Assembly: GCA_963771355.1 (NCBI GenBank)
Contig: CAVYTA010000005.1
Span: 512,001 to 576,000, forward strand
Length of the DNA: 64,000 bases
Direction: 5' to 3'
From: an uncultured Candidatus Rokubacteria bacterium
Lineage (GTDB): Bacteria; Methylomirabilota; Methylomirabilia; Rokubacteriales; CSP1-6
Position 1 is the first letter of the stretch, and the number at the start of each line of letters is the position of its first letter. Below the pieces are notes generated by a model. It did no database searches. It was not told the origin of the DNA and saw nothing but the letters and a program-made list of their open reading frames with translations. Below are positions 1-8,870 of this stretch, one piece after another. Position numbers and translations under genes: made by a program.

Positions 1-66
1 ATCCGCGAGAAACTTGCGGGCCTGGTCGCGGAGGGCCTGCTGCTCCTCCGAGAAGGCGAAATTCAC
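1..66 (-). CDS. Acyl-CoA dehydrogenase family protein, N-terminal fragment (runs off the window)
   Basis: GTG start at 66 translates to MNFAFSEEQQALRDQARKFLAD, a typical ACAD N-terminus; lies just after the dienelactone hydrolase stop. Confidence 0.75.
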   Translation of the reverse strand, partial: MNFAFSEEQQALRDQARKFLAD

Positions 67-75
67 CGGGCCGCC

Positions 76-747
76 TCAGCCGATGTGCTGGCGGAAGAAG
101 TCCAGCGTGCGCTGATGGGCCAGCTTGGAGCTCTCGGCGTGATAGCTGCCCCGCTCGTCGCAGTGGAACCCGTGCCCGGCGGGATAGACGTGCATGGGCA
201 CCGTGGGGTGCGCCTTCTTCACCGTCTCCCAGTGGTCGGGCGGGATGGAGGCGTCGGTCTCGCCCCAGTGGAGCAGGACCGGGCTGCGCGGCGTCTCCGC
301 GGCCGAGGCGGCCACGCCCCCGCCGTAGTAGCCGACCGCGGCCCCGACGCCGTCGATGCGGGTGGCGGACAGCCAGGCCAGCGTGCCGCCCAGGCAATAG
401 CCGACCACGCCCACCTTGAGCTTCTCCGCCTGGAGCGCCTTCACCGCGGCGCGGATGTCCGCCACCATGTCGTCGAGCTGGATCTTGGCGCGGGTGGCGC
501 GGCCGTGCTCGACGTCCGCCGGCGTGTAGCCGATCTCGAAGTTCCGGTCCACGCGATCGAAGATGGCGGGAGCCAGGCAGAGATAGCCCTCGGCGGCAAA
601 GCTGTCGGTGACCTTCCGGATGTGCTGGTTGACTCCGAAGATCTCCTGGATCACCACGATGCCGCCGCGCGGGGTGCCCGCGGGCTCGGCACGATAGGCG
701 GAGAACTGATGGCCGTCGTCGGCGGTCAGCGTGATCGACTTGCCCAT
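76..747 (-). CDS. Dienelactone hydrolase family protein
   Basis: VIQEIFGVN motif, GYCLGG nucleophile elbow, AGHGF catalytic His. Confidence 0.93.
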   Translation of the reverse strand: MGKSITLTADDGHQFSAYRAEPAGTPRGGIVVIQEIFGVNQHIRKVTDSFAAEGYLCLAPAIFDRVDRNFEIGYTPADVEHGRATRAKIQLDDMVADIRAAVKALQAEKLKVGVVGYCLGGTLAWLSATRIDGVGAAVGYYGGGVAASAAETPRSPVLLHWGETDASIPPDHWETVKKAHPTVPMHVYPAGHGFHCDERGSYHAESSKLAHQRTLDFFRQHIG

Positions 748-760
748 GGGTCGCCCTCCT

Positions 761-1615
761 TCAGGCCCGCGTGCGGGCCGTGAACACGGTGATGGGATAG
801 AGGCAATAATAGTCCGGCCGGGCCAGGATGTGGTCCGGAGAATTCGGCTCGCACAGCGCGGTGCGGCGGCGCCAGTCGTCGTCGCTCAGGAACGGGCGGA
901 GCCGCTCGCCCCAGTTGCGGCCGAACACCACCTTCGCGATGTAGTCGCGCGCGGCGGGCGGCAGCGGCGCGCGCCGGGTGAGCAGGTAGGTGCGCAGCGA
1001 GCAATCGGCGAGGCCGGCCTCGCCGAGGGACTCCAGCGTGCGCTGGCGCCGCTCCTGGAAGCTGCGCTCGCCGGCCTCGTCCCGGCCGCGCTCCGTCTCC
1101 GCCGCCTGGATGCGCCGCTCGAGGTCCGGATGCCCGGGCAGGAAGAGTGCGGACAGCGCCTGCGACTCCTTCACGATCACGCGGCCGCCCGGGCGGAGCA
1201 CGCGCGTGAACTCCTTGAGCGCGTGAGCGGTGTCCGGGATGTGGTGCAGCACGTCCCCGCACCAGAGCCAGTCGAACGTGCCGTCGGGCGCGTCGATCGC
1301 GGTGCCGTCGCCCACGCGAAATTCGAGCCGCGGGGCCGGCAAGGCGGCGCCCGCCAGCGCCCGCGCCGCCTCCACGCGCTCCTCGCCCGGCTCGATGCCG
1401 AGCACGCGTCCACCGGGTCCCACCGCCTGCGCGAGCCAGAGGGTGTAGAGCCCGACGCCGCAGCCTACGTCGAGGCCGCGCGAGCCGGCGGGGAGCTCCA
1501 GATCGGCGACGAGGGTGTGCGCCTCCGGCTCCTGGAAGCGATTCATTCGCTCCAGCGCGCGGGTGAAGGGCTCGGGTTCCGCCGCCGCTCCTCCCGCGGC
1601 GTGATGATGGCTCAT
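761..1615 (-). CDS. Class I SAM-dependent methyltransferase
   Basis: LDVGCGVG motif I, DGTFD and RVLRPGG motifs. Confidence 0.88.
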   Translation of the reverse strand: MSHHHAAGGAAAEPEPFTRALERMNRFQEPEAHTLVADLELPAGSRGLDVGCGVGLYTLWLAQAVGPGGRVLGIEPGEERVEAARALAGAALPAPRLEFRVGDGTAIDAPDGTFDWLWCGDVLHHIPDTAHALKEFTRVLRPGGRVIVKESQALSALFLPGHPDLERRIQAAETERGRDEAGERSFQERRQRTLESLGEAGLADCSLRTYLLTRRAPLPPAARDYIAKVVFGRNWGERLRPFLSDDDWRRRTALCEPNSPDHILARPDYYCLYPITVFTARTRA

Positions 1616-2046
1616 GCGGGCTTCGCCAGCACGTTGACCTTCACCGTGGTCGCGACCGCGACCGTGCGGTAGAGGGGTCAGCGGGCCTGGTAGACCTCGA
1701 CCAGGGACTCCGCCTGCGCCTGGTCTACCCCGTGGAGCTCGAAGCGCATGCGCACCTCGGCGAAGCGATTGGGCTCGGCCACCGCGCGCACGCCTTCGAT
1801 GGTGACCTCGGTTCGCCGGAGGGGCACGCCCTGCTGCTGGGCGTAGAGCTCGATCAGCGTCACGCCGCAGGAGGACACGCCGGCCAGGAAGGCCTCGCCC
1901 GAGGACAGCGCCTCGTGCGGACCCGAGGGCGAGTCGATGACGAAGTGATTCGTGCGCGCCTGATTGAGCGCCCGGCCGGGCAGGCCGCCGCTGTACGAGC
2001 GCACCGTGTCGACCTTGACCTCCTCGCTCCGCTCGGAACTCATCAT
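1612..2046 (-). CDS. OsmC-family protein, probable selenoprotein (UGA at 1678-1680 read as Sec)
   Basis: First Cys in FLAGVSSCG. In-frame TGA sits at the second conserved Cys position (YQAR-U-PLY). The frame continues 21 codons to a TGA overlapping the next ATG (ATGA). A SECIS-like hairpin follows the UGA. Confidence 0.85.
1638..1675 (-). promoter_or_regulatory. Bacterial SECIS-like stem-loop
   Basis: mRNA reads CCUCUACCG-CAC-GGUCGC-GGUC-GCGACC-A-CGGUGAAGG; the apical loop GGUC starts 21 nt after the UGA. Confidence 0.75.
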
Positions 2047-2231
2047 GTATCCGCTCCCCTCGATCTTTGGATGGTCACCTCGCCTCCGGCTTCGGCTCCT
2101 ACTGCGGGCTGCGGCTCGCCAATCACGCTCCGCTCGGAACTCATCATGTATCCGCTCCCCTCGATCTTTGGATGGTCACCTCGCCTCCGGCTTCGGCCCC
2201 TACTGCGGGCTGCGGCTCGCCAATCACGCTC
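2025..2231. repeat. Tandem 2 x 101 bp repeat (plus 5 bp partial), member of a dispersed junction-repeat family
   Basis: Units 2025-2125 and 2126-2226 differ at one base; a related shorter copy lies at 19553-19611. Confidence 0.95.
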
Positions 2232-2637
2232 ATGCGAGGGTGGCCGCGCCCGCGTCGGAGCATTGCTGGTCCTGTTCGCCGGTGCCGCCGCCACAGCCGA
2301 TGCCGCCGATGACCTTGCCCTTGACCACGATGGGCGTGCCGCCGTGGCTCGGCAGCACCTGGCCGGGGAGCACGCTTGCCACGGTGGCGAAGAACACCGA
2401 GCCCTTCTGCGCGCGCTCGGCCAGGTCCGCGGTGGAGGCGCGGAAGTTGGCCGCCGCCGTCGCCTTGGCGCGCGAGGTCTCGGGGCTCAGGAAGCTGGTG
2501 CCGTCCCCCCGCGCCGAGAGGACCAGCCGCCCCGCCTCGTCCACCACCGTCACCGTCATCCCGGTGCCCAGCGCCTTCGCCTTGTCCTGCGCCGCGCGCA
2601 CCGCGCGCTCTGCCATCGCGAGCGTCAGCTCGATCAT
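2230..2637 (-). CDS. GlcG/HbpS family heme-binding protein
   Basis: VTVVDEAG, KATAA and GGTPIVVKGKVIGGIGCGGG..EQD motifs. Confidence 0.9.
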   Translation of the reverse strand: MIELTLAMAERAVRAAQDKAKALGTGMTVTVVDEAGRLVLSARGDGTSFLSPETSRAKATAAANFRASTADLAERAQKGSVFFATVASVLPGQVLPSHGGTPIVVKGKVIGGIGCGGGTGEQDQQCSDAGAATLA

Positions 2638-2657
2638 GGGAGACAGTCCTCTCTCGT

Positions 2658-3455
2658 CTACCGGCCCTTGAACTGCGGCGGGCGCTTCTCCACGAAGGCC
2701 CGGATGCCCTCGCGCGCGTCCTCGGTCTCGAAGCAGATGTTCTGGGCGAAGGTCTCGAACTCGAGGCCACCGCGGAGATCGGTGTTCTCACCGTTGTAGA
2801 GCGCGCGCTTGGCGAGGCGGATGGCGATGGGCGGGCCCGCCGCGATCTTCCCCGCTAGCTCGTAGGCGGCGGGTAGCAGCTCCTCCGGCGAATACACCCC
2901 GCTCACGAGCCCGAGGCGCAGCGCCTCAGTGGCGTCGATCATGTCGCCGGTGAAGATCATTTCGGCCGCCTTCGCCATGCCGATGAGGCGCGGAAGGAAA
3001 TAGGTGCCGCCCCAGTCGGGATGGAGCCCGCGCTTCACGAAGGTTTCGCCGAAGCGCGCGACCGTGGAGGCGAGGCGGATGTCGCAGCCGAGCGCCAGGT
3101 TCATGCCCGCCCCCGCGGCCGCGCCGTTCACGGCGGCGATGATGGGCTGGGGGGCATCGCGCATGGCCAGCAAGGTGCGGTCGCGCGAGGGGGCGACCTT
3201 TTCCAGGATCGGGCGCTCCGTCCGCGACTCCTTGGCCTCGTTCATCGCCTTCACGTCGCCACCGGAGCAGAAGCCCTTGCCGGCGCCGGTGATCACCATC
3301 ACGCGAACCTCGGGATCGCCGCTCGCGCGCACCACCGCGTCATGCAGATCCTCGCGCAGCGTGTCACCGAGGGCGTTCAGGCGCTCGGGGCGGTTGAGGG
3401 TGAGCGTCGCCACCGCGTCCTTCACCTCGTAGAGGAGACACTTGTACGCCGGCAT
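2658..3455 (-). CDS. Enoyl-CoA hydratase/isomerase family protein
   Basis: TLNRPERLNA, FCSGGD, AAVNGAAAGAG and AFVEKRPPQF motifs; ATG at 3455 preceded by GGAG. Confidence 0.92.
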   Translation of the reverse strand: MPAYKCLLYEVKDAVATLTLNRPERLNALGDTLREDLHDAVVRASGDPEVRVMVITGAGKGFCSGGDVKAMNEAKESRTERPILEKVAPSRDRTLLAMRDAPQPIIAAVNGAAAGAGMNLALGCDIRLASTVARFGETFVKRGLHPDWGGTYFLPRLIGMAKAAEMIFTGDMIDATEALRLGLVSGVYSPEELLPAAYELAGKIAAGPPIAIRLAKRALYNGENTDLRGGLEFETFAQNICFETEDAREGIRAFVEKRPPQFKGR

Positions 3456-3496
3456 CGCGTTCTCCAGATGGGTAGACGGTATCGTGGGGCCGCGCC

Positions 3497-4645
3497 TCAG
3501 CCGAGCGCGCCCTCGGCGCGCAGGGCGGCGAGGTCCTCGGTGGAGAAGCCCCAGTCGCGCAGGGCTTCCTCGGTGTGCTCGCCGGCGCGCGCGGGCGGGC
3601 GCGGGATGGCGCCGGGCGTGCGGCTGAACCGCGGTGCGGGGCCGGGCTGCACCACTCCCTCGACCTCGATGAAGGTGCCGCGCGCGCGGTTGTGCGGGTG
3701 GGCCGGCGCCTCCGTGAGCGAGAGCACGGGGGCGAAGCAGACGTCGCTGCCCTCCATGATGCGGCACCACTCATCCCGGGTCTTCTGCTTGAACACCTCG
3801 GTGAGCCGGGCCCGCAGCTCGCCCCAGCGCGTCTTGTCCCGCTGCGGCGGGAGGGGCTCGCCTTCGAGACCGGTGAGACGGAGCAGCTCACCGTAGAACC
3901 GCTTCTCGATGGAGCCGATGGCGATGTACTCGCCGTCCTGCGTCTCGTACACGTCGTACCAAGGCGCGCCGGAGTCGAGGATGTTGTCGCCGCGGTCATC
4001 GTTCCACATGCCCATCGCGCGCATCCCGAACACCGCCGCGGCCAGGGACGCCGCCCCGTCCACCATGGCGGCGTCCACCACCTGGCCGCGCCCCGACTGC
4101 TTCGCCTCGAGGAGCGCGCACACCACGCCGAAGGCGAGATACATGCCGCCCCCGCCGAAGTCGCCCACCAGGTTGAGCGGCGGCACCGGCGCGCCGCCCT
4201 TGCGGCCGATGGAGTGGAGCACGCCGGACAGCGCGATGTAGTTGATGTCGTGGCCGGCCGCGGCCGCCATGGGGCCGTCCTGGCCCCAGCCGGTCATGCG
4301 CCCGTAGACCAGGCGCGGGTTCACGGCGAGGCAGGGGTCGGGCCCGAGACCCAGTCGCTCCATCACTCCGGGGCGAAAGCCCTCGATGAGGGCGTCGGCG
4401 TCGGCGATCAGCCGCTTCATCGCCGCCACCGCTGCCGGGGTCTTGAGATCCATGGCCACCGAGCGGCGGCCACGGTTGAGCACGCTGAAGCGCGGATCCA
4501 CCGGCAGGCCGAGGTCGGCCGATCCGGTGCGGTCCACCCGCAGCACGTCCGCGCCCATGTCCGCGAGCATCATGGCGCAGAACGGGCCGGGCCCGATCCC
4601 CGCGACCTCGATGACGCGAACGCCGGCGAGAGGCCCCGCGCTCAC
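3497..4645 (-). CDS. CaiB/BaiF CoA-transferase family protein (alpha-methylacyl-CoA racemase-like)
   Basis: GPLAGVRVIEVAGIGPGPF, GHDINY and GDFGGGG motifs; GTG start overlaps the upstream stop. Confidence 0.92.
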   Translation of the reverse strand: MSAGPLAGVRVIEVAGIGPGPFCAMMLADMGADVLRVDRTGSADLGLPVDPRFSVLNRGRRSVAMDLKTPAAVAAMKRLIADADALIEGFRPGVMERLGLGPDPCLAVNPRLVYGRMTGWGQDGPMAAAAGHDINYIALSGVLHSIGRKGGAPVPPLNLVGDFGGGGMYLAFGVVCALLEAKQSGRGQVVDAAMVDGAASLAAAVFGMRAMGMWNDDRGDNILDSGAPWYDVYETQDGEYIAIGSIEKRFYGELLRLTGLEGEPLPPQRDKTRWGELRARLTEVFKQKTRDEWCRIMEGSDVCFAPVLSLTEAPAHPHNRARGTFIEVEGVVQPGPAPRFSRTPGAIPRPPARAGEHTEEALRDWGFSTEDLAALRAEGALG

Positions 4646-6105
4646 TTCGTCAGCACGTGCTTGGCGACCGCGTCCTCGACCACGGTCCCCTTGAAGAATT
4701 CGGGATTGAGCGCGGTGTGCAGGCGGGCGGCGTTGGTGAAGGTGAACTCGCGGAAGTCGTCCTCGGTGATGAGCCCGTGCTCCACCAGCTCCCACGCCTC
4801 CTCCAGCACCTCGGTCATGTCGGTCACGTCGAAGTGGCCCACGTCGGAGGAGAAGATCGGATTGAGGCGGTGATAGCCGTGCCGATCGAAGGCCCACGCG
4901 GTCATGGGATCGTCCGCCTCGCAGCCGAAGTAGAAGTGGTCGGCGAACTGGCGCTTGAGCGTGTCCACCGAGTCGATGCCCGCCGCCGCGAAGTCGTCCA
5001 GCTGCTCGCGGTACTCGCGCTCGGTCATCTCCTCCATGGTCTTGAAAGGGGGAACGAGGCTGGGGCCGGCCATCACCTCGTCGAGCTTGTCCTCGTAAGC
5101 CTTGCCGCCGTAGCGCGTGAAGAAGTCCCGGAGCGTCGGACCGTCGAGGTTGAGCGGGCGGAGGTTGGCCTCCATGGCGCGGCCGTTGCGCTTCACCCAG
5201 TGGCCGACCAGGTCGGTGAGGAGATTGCACGCCCAGCCCACGCCGCCCTCCAGCATGGCGAAGCGGAGGGCGGGGAAGCGCTTCACCACGCCGCCGATGA
5301 TGAGGGCCTTCGCGAAGGCGTGGCTGGCCGCGGCGAAGTGGCCGATGTGATTGTAGGTGAAGTTATCCACCGTCTCCCGCCCGTGCCAGCCCATGCTGCC
5401 GGAATGCGCGGTGACCGCCACCTTGAGCTCGAGGCACTTCGCCCAGAACGGGTCGTAGTCGAGATCGCTGTCGTAGGCGAGGGAGTCGATCACCTGACGG
5501 ACGTGCGCGGGGTCGCCGCCCGCCTTCACCGCCGCCGGCACCGGCCGCTTCACGTGGTTGGCGATCATGATGACCTTCATGCCTAGCTCGCGCACCGCGT
5601 AAGTCGCTTCCTCGATGGCCTCCTGCGGCGTGTAGACGGGCACCACCGCCGCCGGCGCGATCCGCGCGCGATAGGGCGCGAACATCTCCGCGTTCATCCG
5701 GTTGACGGCGCGCGCGCAGGCGCGGCGCAGCTCTTCGTCGGGGTTACCCACGTGGAAGAGGCCGAGGGAGGTGTAGAGCAGGCAGAAGTCGATCCCGAAG
5801 TCGTCGAGGCGCTCGTGGAAGAGAGCGGGGACCATGGCGGTGGCGCGGTCCAGCGTGTGGGCCGGCTCGCCCCACCAGGTCGGCCGGTGCTGGCGCCGCT
5901 CCCGGCGCTCCTGGGGGCTCCACTCGTACCAGCCGGCCTCCGTCTGCTTCTTCACGAAGCGATCCGCCACCGACGGGCCCGCCACCTGGCGGAGATAGTC
6001 GAGGAAGATGGGGACCGGCTCCAGCCAGTGGCCATCACCGTCGATCACGGGATGGTCCAGATGGGCGCGGACGGCGGAGGACTTGGAGTCCTTCGAGTAG
6101 GCCAT
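4642..6105 (-). CDS. Amidohydrolase family protein
   Basis: IDGDGH metal motif, YDPFW, LEGGVGW, FSSDVGHFD. Confidence 0.88.
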   Translation of the reverse strand: MAYSKDSKSSAVRAHLDHPVIDGDGHWLEPVPIFLDYLRQVAGPSVADRFVKKQTEAGWYEWSPQERRERRQHRPTWWGEPAHTLDRATAMVPALFHERLDDFGIDFCLLYTSLGLFHVGNPDEELRRACARAVNRMNAEMFAPYRARIAPAAVVPVYTPQEAIEEATYAVRELGMKVIMIANHVKRPVPAAVKAGGDPAHVRQVIDSLAYDSDLDYDPFWAKCLELKVAVTAHSGSMGWHGRETVDNFTYNHIGHFAAASHAFAKALIIGGVVKRFPALRFAMLEGGVGWACNLLTDLVGHWVKRNGRAMEANLRPLNLDGPTLRDFFTRYGGKAYEDKLDEVMAGPSLVPPFKTMEEMTEREYREQLDDFAAAGIDSVDTLKRQFADHFYFGCEADDPMTAWAFDRHGYHRLNPIFSSDVGHFDVTDMTEVLEEAWELVEHGLITEDDFREFTFTNAARLHTALNPEFFKGTVVEDAVAKHVLTK

Positions 6106-6167
6106 GCGGACTCCTCCCGGAGATTCACATAGACGATACGGGCGGCCAGACCCCGCCGTTCCCGTCC

Positions 6168-6196
6168 TTGTTAGGGTATTCGAGGGGGCAAGTCAA
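6168..6196 (-). promoter_or_regulatory. Candidate sigma70 promoter of the amidohydrolase operon
   Basis: TTGACT-N17-TAACAA on the minus strand, flanked by an imperfect inverted repeat (TCCCGTCCTTG...CAAGACGGGA). Confidence 0.45.
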
Positions 6197-6267
6197 GACG
6201 GGACCCGGAGGCATTTGCGCTCGACTATGTCCCACCCATAACGTATGGTTCCGTCGGAGGACGGGCC

Positions 6268-7164
6268 ATGGTGATGCACCTGGACGAGCGGGCGGTGCGG
6301 TCGGTGCTCCGGTGGGATCGGCTCATCGCTGCGATGGAGACCGCGCTCACCGCCTTTTCGGGCGGCCGCGTCATTCAGCCCACGCGGAACATGATCACCA
6401 TCGAGGAAGGGAAGCGGTATCTCGGCATCATGCCCGCCGTGGCGGAGGACGCGATGGGGTTGAAGCTCGTGAGCTTCTACCCCGGCAATGCTGGCACGGC
6501 GGTTCCGACTCACCTCGCCATGATCCTCCTGTTCCGGCCGGACACCGGAGAGCCGCTCGCCGTCATGGACGGCCGTCTCATCACGGAGATGCGCACGGCG
6601 GCCGTCTCCGCGGCGGTGACCAAGCGTCTTGCCAACCCCGACAGCCGCGTGCTCGCCCTCCTTGGGAGCGGCGTCCAGGCCGGTGCCCATCTCGAGGCGC
6701 TCTCGACGGTCTGTCACTTCGACGAGATTCGGGTGTGGAGCCGAACACCTGAGCATGCGAGGGACTTCGCGGGAAAGCATGGCGCGCGAGTGATGGATGC
6801 CGAGTCCGCGGTCCGAGGCGCCGACGTGATCGTAACGGCCACCAACGCGCGGGAACCCATTCTGAAGGGCGCCTGGCTCAAGCCCGGGGCCCATGTCAAC
6901 TCGGTGGGATCGCCGCGTCCGGCGTGGCGAGAGCTTGACGATGACGCCATGGCCAGCGTACTGGTCGTCGATTCGCGGGAAGCGGCGCTCAAGGAAGCGG
7001 GAGACGTGATCCTGTCCCGGGCTCAGATCTACGCCGAAGCGGGCGAGATCATCGGCGGCTCCAAGCCGGCCCGCGCGGCGGAGACGACGGTATTCAAGTC
7101 GGTTGGCATCGCCGTCGAGGACATTGCTGCCGCGCGCCTCGTGTACGACGCGACGAGAGCGTGA
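6268..7164 (+). CDS. Ornithine cyclodeaminase/mu-crystallin family protein
   Basis: TEMRTAA, LGSGVQA, PGAHVNSVG and FKSVGIAVED motifs. Confidence 0.92.
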   Translation: MVMHLDERAVRSVLRWDRLIAAMETALTAFSGGRVIQPTRNMITIEEGKRYLGIMPAVAEDAMGLKLVSFYPGNAGTAVPTHLAMILLFRPDTGEPLAVMDGRLITEMRTAAVSAAVTKRLANPDSRVLALLGSGVQAGAHLEALSTVCHFDEIRVWSRTPEHARDFAGKHGARVMDAESAVRGADVIVTATNAREPILKGAWLKPGAHVNSVGSPRPAWRELDDDAMASVLVVDSREAALKEAGDVILSRAQIYAEAGEIIGGSKPARAAETTVFKSVGIAVEDIAAARLVYDATRA

Positions 7165-7216
7165 GTGGGCTCTGATTGACAGCGGGGGTGGCCGTGTTGT
7201 GTAGTGTGGGCCTGCC

Positions 7217-8866
7217 ATGATCCGAGTGCGCATGCTCGTTCTACTCGGCGTGATGGTCCTTGCCAGCTTCGGCGCTCCGTCCCCACGCGCGGCGGACCTC
7301 CCGCGCTCGGTGGACGGCCAGGCCATCGATCCCGACGCCGAGCTGATCGTCGCCCTCGCCGACGACACCAACAACATGGACCCGCGGATCGGCATGGGCT
7401 CGATCCGCTCCAACTACATCCGCCAGGTCTTCGAGAGCCTGGTGGACGTGGACGCGACGGGGAAGCCCCAGCCGGGGCTGGCGCTCACCTGGCGCGCGGT
7501 GAGCGACAATGTCTGGGAGTTCACCCTCCGCCCCGGGGTGCGCTTTCACGACGGCGAGCCCTTCAACGCCGACACCGTGCTCTTCAACTTCGACCGGATG
7601 TTCCGGAAGAACCTCGACAAATGGGGTATCAAGGACGTGCCCGCCGGCGCCTCCTTCGAGAAGCTCTACCCGATGGTGACGCGCTGGGAGAAGGTCAACG
7701 ACTTCACCGTGCGCGTGCACACGAGCGAGCCGGTGGCCATGCTCTGGGACGCGCTCGGCCGTGAGCCGCTGGTGCCCAAGGCGTACACCATCAAGCACGG
7801 AGTGGAGGGGCTGAACGAGCGGCCGGTGGGCACGGGGCCGTGGCGGATGGTGGAGTGGAAGCGCAAGGACAGCATGCGCTTCGAGCGCTGGGACGGGTAC
7901 TGGGGGACGGCGCCCCTCGTCAAGCGGATGCGCTTCCAGACCATCCCCGAAGGTGCCGCCCGCATCGCCGCCCTTCGCGCGGGCCAGGTGGCGCTCGTCG
8001 AGGCGGTGCCGCCCATCGACGCGGCGGGGCTGGGCCGGGACCCCGCCTTCAAGGTCGTGAGCGCGGCGCAGAAACTCGGCTGCCGGCTCTACGTCAACGG
8101 CCGCCCCCGGGACAAGTACGACTCGGGCGGCAAGGACGGCCTCTTCGCCGAGCCGCGCCTCCGCCTCGCCCTGAACCACGCGATCAACCGCGACGCCATC
8201 ATCAAGAAGATCTTCGGCGGCTACGCCATTGCCAATGCCTCGCCGGTGGCGACGGTGATGTACGGCTACGCCGCGCAGGAGCCCTACGCCTTCGATCCCG
8301 CGCGCGCCAAGGCCCTCCTCGCCGAGGCGGGCTGGCGCGACACCAACGGCGATGGCGTGGCCGACAAGGGTGGGGAGCCACTGGCGCTGCAGCTCTATTT
8401 CCCGGCCAAGCACTACGGACAGGCCTTCGACGAGATGACGGCGGCGGTAGTCGAGATGCTCAAGGACGTGGGCGTGCAGGTGGTGGTCAAGCCCCTGGAC
8501 TTCGGGTCGCTCCTGCAGACGCTGAACAAGGGCACGCTGCCGCACAATGGCGGCTTCACCGCCTGCCGGACCAGCAACAGCGTGGACGCCGAGGATCAGG
8601 TGCGCGACTGGGCGACCTTCACCCTCGTCAACTGGACGCCGTTCCCGCCGGACCTGCTGGCCCTCTATCAGTCGTCGCGGCGCGAGGTCGATCCCGTCAA
8701 GCGTCTCCGCGTGCTGGCCGACCTTCAGAAGCAGATCCGCGACTGGGCGCCGGTGTTGCCGCTCTACCAGGAGATCAAGCTCTACGCGCACAGCGCGCGC
8801 GTGCTCCGGTTCGCGCCGCTGCCCGAGCTGCACATGGACTTCCGCGGCGTGGCCCTCCGGAAATGA
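7217..8866 (+). CDS. Peptide/nickel ABC transporter substrate-binding protein (family 5)
   Basis: Signal peptide; FTLRPGVRFHDG and PVGTGPW motifs. Confidence 0.92.
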   Translation: MIRVRMLVLLGVMVLASFGAPSPRAADLPRSVDGQAIDPDAELIVALADDTNNMDPRIGMGSIRSNYIRQVFESLVDVDATGKPQPGLALTWRAVSDNVWEFTLRPGVRFHDGEPFNADTVLFNFDRMFRKNLDKWGIKDVPAGASFEKLYPMVTRWEKVNDFTVRVHTSEPVAMLWDALGREPLVPKAYTIKHGVEGLNERPVGTGPWRMVEWKRKDSMRFERWDGYWGTAPLVKRMRFQTIPEGAARIAALRAGQVALVEAVPPIDAAGLGRDPAFKVVSAAQKLGCRLYVNGRPRDKYDSGGKDGLFAEPRLRLALNHAINRDAIIKKIFGGYAIANASPVATVMYGYAAQEPYAFDPARAKALLAEAGWRDTNGDGVADKGGEPLALQLYFPAKHYGQAFDEMTAAVVEMLKDVGVQVVVKPLDFGSLLQTLNKGTLPHNGGFTACRTSNSVDAEDQVRDWATFTLVNWTPFPPDLLALYQSSRREVDPVKRLRVLADLQKQIRDWAPVLPLYQEIKLYAHSARVLRFAPLPELHMDFRGVALRK

Positions 8867-8870
8867 GTCC

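Noticed and set aside
2025..2231. Tandem repeat considered as a CRISPR array
   Set aside because: The 101 bp units are contiguous with no unique spacers, and there are no cas genes.
2230..2232. Other TGA stops (glcG, MaoC, ACP) as Sec codons
   Set aside because: They fall at the natural ends of complete domains, not at conserved Cys positions, and no SECIS-like hairpin was evident.
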